The notes beneath the pieces were generated by a model. That model was not told where the DNA came from and made no database searches. It was given only the letters and a program-made list of their open reading frames with translations. Below are positions 50,225-64,000 of a stretch of 64,000 nt of DNA, piece after piece. Origin of the DNA: the human T2T-CHM13v2.0 reference genome, Homo sapiens; NCBI RefSeq assembly GCF_009914755.1, contig NC_060930.1, one strand, 5' to 3'. Both the position numbers and the translations under genes were made by a program. How positions within the stretch are numbered: position 1 is the first letter of the stretch; each line of letters begins with the position of its first letter.

Positions 50225-51260
50225 CTTGCACCGAGATGATCACCAGAAATATCCCAGAACTAAAATATGAAGATAAGACAGTTTTCAGGGCCACAAAGAG
50301 GTGAAAAAAACCCGAGAAGATGGTAAGATAATCAGATTTCCACATCTGTGACACCCCTCCCCTCGTTCTACCTGGCAGCAAGTGTGTGGAAAATTTCCCC
50401 CCAACTCACTGTTTCTACACTGGTGTAAGTAAGATCAAGGTCAACAAACAGCTCCCCCACCATCTTGGGTTCCCCGGCAGGAGATCCGTTCCTTCCTTAA
50501 CCCACAGGAAGCATAAAAGGAGAAATATCTCTGAGAACAGGCAGAGACAAAGGGAGGAGGCAGGACTACCATCCCCACCCTGGAAATTCTGTTCTGTAAC
50601 TCAACCAAAGGAGGCACCAAGTCAGAGTGACTATTTAGCAGTACGACACTGTAGGGGGTTCAGCTCACAGGTCCCCTGGGCACAAACTCCTAGCCAGGAA
50701 GGGCAGTATACTGATCAGTTACTAGAGTCAAAGTGAACCTGGGCTTTAAGGTGCCACCCAGAGCTGAAAAGGGGGCAGTGGCCTAGCAGTGAATAACTTC
50801 TAAGCAAATATATTCAATAAAAACCCAAACAAGCTAGAGAAGACTGGAATACATAATGTTTCAATGCAAAGACAGACGTACATCCAGAAGAAACAACGGC
50901 AAACAGGGAACAACAATCCTCCAAAATGGACAAACCAAGGAACCAGTAACTGACCCCAACAGGATGGTGATATGTGAGCTCTCTGACCAATAAGTCAAAT
51001 AGTAGTTTTAAGGAAACTCAGTGATCTCCAAGATAATACAGAAAAGCAATTCAGAAATTCATCAGAGAAATTTAACAAAGAGATTGAAATAACAACAAAC
51101 AAACAGAAATATTGGAACTAAGAAATACATTTGCTGAATTAAAATATTCATTAGAGGCTCTCAACAGCAGAATGGATCAAGTTGAGCCAAGAATCAGTGA
51201 GCTAAAGACAGGTTATTTGAAAACACACAATTGGAGGAGAAAATAGAATAAAAAGCAATC
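50225..51260 (+). mobile_element. Old L1 5'UTR/ORF1 fragment
   Basis: Decayed ORF1 coiled-coil coding pattern (aaggaaactcagtga..aaagagattgaaat..ctcaacagcagaatggatcaa..gaatcagtgagct). Confidence 0.75.
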
Positions 51261-51263
51261 AAG

Positions 51264-55677
<4,414 letters not shown>

Positions 55678-56162
55678 TCATTGCATTCTTCTTTTATGAA
55701 TACACTCTCTTTTCTCTATATTGCTGTCATCTGGCTTTAAAAACATGCTGTCCTGACTTGGTTTTGAGTCTCTAGCTAGAGACAGGTCAGTTTCCCTTAT
55801 TAATACTCGAGGGGGTTCTGGAAGTTATCTTTTCTCTGCAGTGTCCCATTTCCCCAAGTTGCTTTTCCCCCTTCCTTGCGTCTCCTTGATATTAGAGACT
55901 TTGGTGGTATGCTGCTGCATTCTTTAGGGTGTAAACATTCACACCACCCTCCCCACTGACTCTCGGGTCCTCCCCCGCAGCTGTGCCCCTGGTCCCCAGT
56001 GCAGAGACCTTCTCCTTTCCCCTCTCCTGAAAATACATCTGTCCCCAGGCTTGTGCTGCAGTGGGAAAGGGCCCGTCCAGGAGTCGGGGAGGGATCCTGG
56101 AATTTAAAAGCATCTTTAACAGCTCCTCCTCAGAAACCCAGTCACACTTCCTTCCCCGCTAG

Positions 56163-57774
56163 TGAGAGGTGCCAGCCTGCTGGCAGCCCCCCTTCGCTCT
56201 TGGCACCTCCTCGGCCTCGACGCCCACTCTGGCCGTGCTTGAGGAGTCCTTCAGCCTACCGCTGCACTGTGGGATCCCTTCCAGGGATGGCCGAGGCCGG
56301 AGCCGGCTCCCTTGGCTTGCGGGGAGGTGTGGAGGGACAGGCACGGGCAGTAACCGGGGATGCGCGCGGCGCTTGCGGGCCAGAGCGAGTTCTGGGTGGG
56401 CTTGGGCTCGGCCGGCCCCGCCGGCCCAGGCAGTGAGGAACTTAGCACTTGGGCCAACAACGGCTGTCCTCGATTTCTTGCCAGGCCTTAGCTGCTTCCC
56501 CATGGGGCAGGGCTCGGGACCTGCAGCCCACCATGCCTGAGCCCCCCGTCCCAACCCCGCCCTGGGCTCCTGCACAGCCCGAGTCTCCTGAGCCTCCCGG
56601 ACGAGCGCCGCCCCCTACTTCACAGCACAGAGTCCCATTGACCGCCCAAAGGACTAAACAGTGCGGGTCCACGGGCGGGACTGACAGCTCTACCTGCGGC
56701 CCCGCTGGGGAATACCACCGGGTGAAGCCAGCTGGGCTCAGTCAGTCTGGTGGGGACTTGAACAATCTTTATGTCTAGCTAAGGGGTTGTAAATACACCA
56801 ATCAGCACTCTGTATCTAGCTCAAGGTTTGTAAACACACCAATCAACACCCTCTGTCTAGCTCAGGGTTTGTGGCTGCACCAATCGGCACTCTGTATCTA
56901 GCTAATCTGGTGGGGACTTGGAGAACCTTTTTATCTAGCTAAGGGATTGTGAATACACCAATCGGCACTCTGTATGTAGATGAAGGTTTGTAAATGCACC
57001 AATCAGCACCCTGCGTCTAGCTCAAGGTTTGTAAATGCACCAATCGGCGTTCTGTGTCTAGCTGATCTGGTGGGGACTTGCAGAACCTTTATGTCTATCT
57101 AAGGGATTGTGAATGCACCAATCGGCACTCTGTATCTAGCTCAAAGTTTGTAAATGCACCAATCAGCACTCTGTGTCTAGCTCAGGGTTTGTAAATACAC
57201 CAATTAACACTCTGCATCTAGTTAATCTAGTGGGGACGTGGAGAACTTTTGTGTCTAGCTCAGGGATTGTAAACGCACCAATCAGCACCCTGTTAAAAAC
57301 GGACCAATCAGCTCTCTGTAAAACAGACCAATCGGCTCTCTGTAAAATGGACCAGTCAGCAGGATGTGGGTGGGGCCAGATAAGAGAATAAAAGCAGGCT
57401 GCCCGAGCTAGCCCCGGTAATTTGGTTAGTTTGTTTCATATGATGTGAGATATTTGTCTTTTTTTTTTTTGTTTTTTGGGTTCAGATTGTTGTTGGGAGT
57501 TTCAGCGGTTTTTTGCAAAAGTCTGTAGATTTTTCTGAATCTAATGTGGGTTGTGAGCCCTTGAAAAAGAACAGAGAACTTCAGATATGGTACTTTAAGT
57601 ATGATAACATGAACTGTGAAGGTCTGCAGCTTTCCTCCCGAACTAGTGAGACAGCGAACTCTGGGCAACGCTGTGTTTAACAGCTGGAACACTCACTATA
57701 CAGCTAAAACACTTTAAGTTTGCAACTTCGTTCTTGAAATTAGTAAGACCGAGAACCCGCTAGTTCTGGACACA
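56163..57774 (+). mobile_element. Solo LTR12 (LTR12C-like, HERV9/ERV9)
   Basis: tgagaggtg...ggacaca; TSD CTAG at 56159-62 and 57775-78; CCAAT subrepeat array ~56740-57360; AATAAA box at 57387-92. Confidence 0.95.
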
Positions 57775-58429
57775 CTAGTTCCCAGGGTTACCAGGTGCTG
57801 CCTCTTTATGAAAGGCTGAGGCTTTTTGGCTGTTAGCTTTTCTCTATCTAGTATTCGGCTTTTCTCAGGTTAGTTATTTGCCCTACCGCTGACGTTTGTC
57901 TTGTACGTTTTTCCGCAGTTTTCTTTTAAGCGCTCTATTCTTGTGGGTGGTTTTGTTTTGGTAATTCAGGAAAGAAAATGAGGTGTGTGCATTCGTTACC
58001 TATCTTTCCCCTGAACTACAGTTGAGTGGTGTGTTACTTATCTTTCCTCTGAACTACATGGTAATTTGTGGTTCAGGCTACAGGACTCTGAAAACATGAC
58101 TAGAAATCCTATTTCATTGGTGTATGCTCTTAAAATTCAAAAAAACTAAATGCCTAATTCTTTCGTGTCTATATTCTCAAAATCTTGTCAAGCCAAGGAA
58201 GGTAAAGGAGAAAGTAGTATTCAGTCATCGGTAGCTTTTTGTATTCAATCTTTCTCATTGATAAAGCTTTAAAGGTCGTACAGGTCCTCACTTCATGACA
58301 ATGATAAAAGGAATCACAAGAGGGCAGGTTTACTTGGTGAGCAGAAGGATTGGAAGCATTTTCTCTCTTGACATTGTTTGGAATTGCCAGCCCATGATAA
58401 TAAAAAGCAGAGTTTTGATCAATCGGTTG

Positions 58430-60010
<1,581 letters not shown>

Positions 60011-61633
60011 GAGAGATATCTTCTTAAAAACTGCAATACAGGGACAGCGTGATGAGAGGTACAGCAGAAGTTTTCTTGACTATGAGCTACAAAAGAAGCC
60101 CAAAGGAGGATGGAATTGATCTTGCCTGGGGGCATCAGGGAAGCCTTCGGTTGGAGAGGACATCAGATAGCACAACAGTTCATGCAGAGAGTGGGGAGAT
60201 GAAATCATTCAGTGTGTCTGAAGAGTAGGATATGTGGTGGGGAAGGGGCCTTTGAAGGGATCTGAAGATGATTCTTCAGGCAAGGAATTTTCAAAATCCA
60301 CTCCACAGCAGGAATAACCTCCTAAGACTCCCTGGAGATCCTGACTCAGCCCTTCTTGGGCCCTCGGAATCTCTGTTTTTTTTTAAAGCTCCCAGATGTA
60401 TCAATCAGACTTAGAAATCACTGCTCTGGGCAGTACGATTCCACTTTAGGAATTTAAGTAGGGGAGAACATAATCAGATTGGCATTTTAGCAATATCCCT
60501 TCAACCAAAATGTGGAAATTGGACTGAGAGAGAATGGAGGCAGGGAAGCCCCATGGGAAGCTTGTGAGAAAGTGGGGACAGGAGCCAAGGCCATGGGAGC
60601 TGGGGTGGAAAGGATAAGACCCGACAGCACACGGCGGTTGTGTAGCTGTAGAGAGGGGAGCAGAGTCGTCACATGGCGCCCAGGTTTCGACTGGGACAGT
60701 AACTGGGTAGGCAGTGGTCAAGATGGGAAATCAGTGGAGGGTCAGAACTGGAGACAGAATGAGATCCTTTGGGAAACAATGAGTCTGAGCTATCAGCGGG
60801 CAGATGTGGGAATGGATGTGAAAATTTGAGGTCCCCCTTACGGGGGTGCTACTGGACATCATAGGAATAAGTGAGTCACCCAGACAGAGGGTGAAGAGTC
60901 AGAAGGGAAGACAACGACGCTGTCAACCTTCAAGGTAGGTAGGACCGTGAGCATGGGGGTGGGTGGGAGAAGGTGGTAGGGTCAGAAAACTGGCAAGGAG
61001 GAGAGTCGGGAGGAAAAGGAAAACACGGTGTCCCCAAACTGGGGAGGAGGACAGCCTTAAAGAAGAAGGGTGTGGTCACCCAGGCCCACTGCCCTTCCTG
61101 AAAGCCACCTCCCACCCTGCACGGCACCTCCTGGGAGCAGGCAGCTGCAGCCCCGAGGGAAAGGCGAGGGGAGCAAAACTGAGGATCTCCCTCAATTATT
61201 TTTAATCTCTTTGCGGATTTCGTCAGTGCTCAGCAGCATTTTCTCCCAGAAACAAAAGCAGGAGGGTGCTGGGGGCCTGGGTGTGGCTCCGGGAGCCCTA
61301 ATTGCTGAGTGAGACACTCCTCGGTCCTCTGGTGTCCTGGAGAACAAGTTGGGGGAGCCGCCCGCCCCACCCTGCAGGAAGAGGCCAACTCAGAGCTGTG
61401 CATTACTTTGTACATTTCTTTGATTTTTCTTCTTATTTTTTGAAGCATATGCAGTACTCAGAGATCATTTTAGACACTGCAAGAAGACAAAGATACCTAA
61501 AGAGGAAAAATGAGTTTTTCTCCCTCATTCTGGGCTCTCCACTGCTTATATTTTGAGTTTAAAGGAGACATTATACACACATTAAAGAGATTCATGGAGG
61601 CCCTTATTACTGGGTGAAATATATTCTGTAAGC

Positions 61634-61967
61634 CAGCCGTCCCTAGCCTTTTTGGCACCAGGAAGCGGTTTGGTGGAAGGCAGTTTTTCCATGGATGGGA
61701 GGGTGGGGATGGTTTCAGGATGAAACCACCACCTCAGATCATCAGGCATTAGTTAGACTCTCATAAGGAGCACGCAACCTAGATCCCTCACACGCGCAGT
61801 TCACAATAGGGCTTGTGCTGCTATGAGACTCATGCCACCGCTGTTCTGACAGGAGGTGGAGCTCCGGCGGTAATGCTTGTTCACCCCACGCTCACCTCCT
61901 GCTGTGCGGCCCAGTTCCTAACAGGCCACACAGATACTGGTCAACGGCCGGGGGCTGCGGACCCCTG
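61634..61967. mobile_element. MER1B (hAT-Charlie3 MITE)
   Basis: 8-bp TSD ctgtaagc on both sides; TIRs cagccgtccc...ggacccctg; cctcagatcatcaggcattag, gcaacctagatccctc. Confidence 0.9.
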
Positions 61968-62442
61968 CTGTAAGCCTTTTCTTCACCCAGCAAGATTTAG
62001 TGTTGTTCATCCGAAGAGCTCAATTCTTATTATGGACACAAATGAATTGATCTAACCAGCAGCCCTGGGAAGTGAGAAAGACTAATTACCCCAGGTTGTA
62101 GTTATTTCTTGGATGGATGGCTTTGGGTGGATAGCCGGGTGCTGTGAGTACATTCATTCACTATTCATTCAGCAGATATTTTTATTGACTGCCTACTCTG
62201 TACAAATTAGTGTGGATGAAACTATGCCCTGCCCACAGGAACATGTCCAGCTGGGGAGCAAGATGGAACATGCATGCAAAGGTTTAGAAACACTGCAAAC
62301 AAGGCTACCTGCTGTCGTTCCTGGCCAAAGGAAACAGAACGGAAGAGCCTCTGTTCCCCAGAAGTGGTCACTTAGGGTTGCCCTGATCTGGGAAGGTTCT
62401 GTGCGGAGGTGGCCTCGTGAGGTGCGCTGTGGCACATAGACC

Positions 62443-63104
<662 letters not shown>

Positions 63105-63776
63105 TCACTCGCTGGCTGTCCGTGTCCTTTTCAGACCTTCAATATCTATTCCTAAATAACAGTTGTTAGAAAGTGCTTGAGAAGTGTAACTGAAGTTGCC
63201 TTTCTCTGTCCAACCCCCAACTCTGCTCTCCAGCCCCCAGCCCCATACCACTTCTCATGGGGGTCACAGCTGCCTGATTCCCGGTGGGCCGCCCTCATGA
63301 GCTGTCTCATTGTAAAGTCTGCCTCCTGGTACATAGTGAGGACTTTGTAAATGTTTGTTGAATGAGGCAATGAAGAGCCTTCTAGACAGAGAGTAGAGAG
63401 TGTGGGGCTAGCATGCGCTTGTAGTGTTCAGATGAAAGGGAGTCAGCCTGTTGGGTTGGAGTCAGGTGTGTGTGGGAGGACGGTGGAAAGATAGCCAGGG
63501 TCCTGTCTGTCCACACACGAGGCTGAGAATTGGAACTTTGTCCTGTTGGTACCAGAGAGTCACAGAATGTTCTGGAGCAGGGGATTGACAGGGCAATGTG
63601 GGGGGAAGGTCAGCTTGCGCCGCTGTGTAGGGTGGACTGGACTGGGTTAGATGAGAGGAGGAGAGGCCAATTAGGACTGTCCCAGTAGTGCAGGGGAGAT
63701 GACACTGCCGCTCCCAAAGCAAAAGATGCAGGTTAAAAAAATGTGTCTATTTTCCATTAAAGAATATTTTAGCCAC

Positions 63777-64000
63777 TGGCTGGGCACGGTGACACACGTC
63801 TGTAATCCTAGAACTTTGGGAGGCGGAGGCGGGTGGATCACTTGAGGCCAGGAGTTTGAGACCAGCCTGGCCAACGTGATGAAACCCCGTCTCTACTAAA
63901 AATACAAAAATTAGCCGGGCGTGGTGGTGGGTGCCTGTAATCCCAGCTAATTGGGAGGCTGAGGCAGGAGAATTGCTTGAACCCTCGAGGCGGAGGTTTC
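63777..64000 (+). mobile_element. AluS (truncated by the window end)
   Basis: Alu consensus. Confidence 0.93.

Overview
Primate (very probably human chr6p24) genomic DNA, with no prokaryotic features. Positions 1-4.8 kb carry the first coding exons of CAGE1 on the minus strand. CAGE1 sits head-to-head with RIOK1 across a shared CpG-island promoter (~4.3-5.2 kb). The complete 17-exon RIOK1 CDS (5042-32484, + strand) assembles by hand through GT-AG junctions into a 568-aa RIO1 kinase. The rest of the window (33-64 kb) is Alu-dense intergenic DNA with two solo LTR12 (ERV9) elements, a MER61-like LTR, a MER85 piggyBac MITE, MER1B, L1/L2/MIR relics and hAT/Tigger MITEs. I found no new multi-gene system. 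The strongest unexplained signal is in the two LTR12s. Their U3 promoters are near-identical, but the copies diverge abruptly into T/G-skewed sequence just downstream of the predicted TSS. In one copy the R-region poly(A) signal position has become a consensus splice donor. Both LTRs have the same CTAG target-site duplication. Repeat family names come from recalled consensus sequences, and repeat boundaries are approximate unless a TSD is given.
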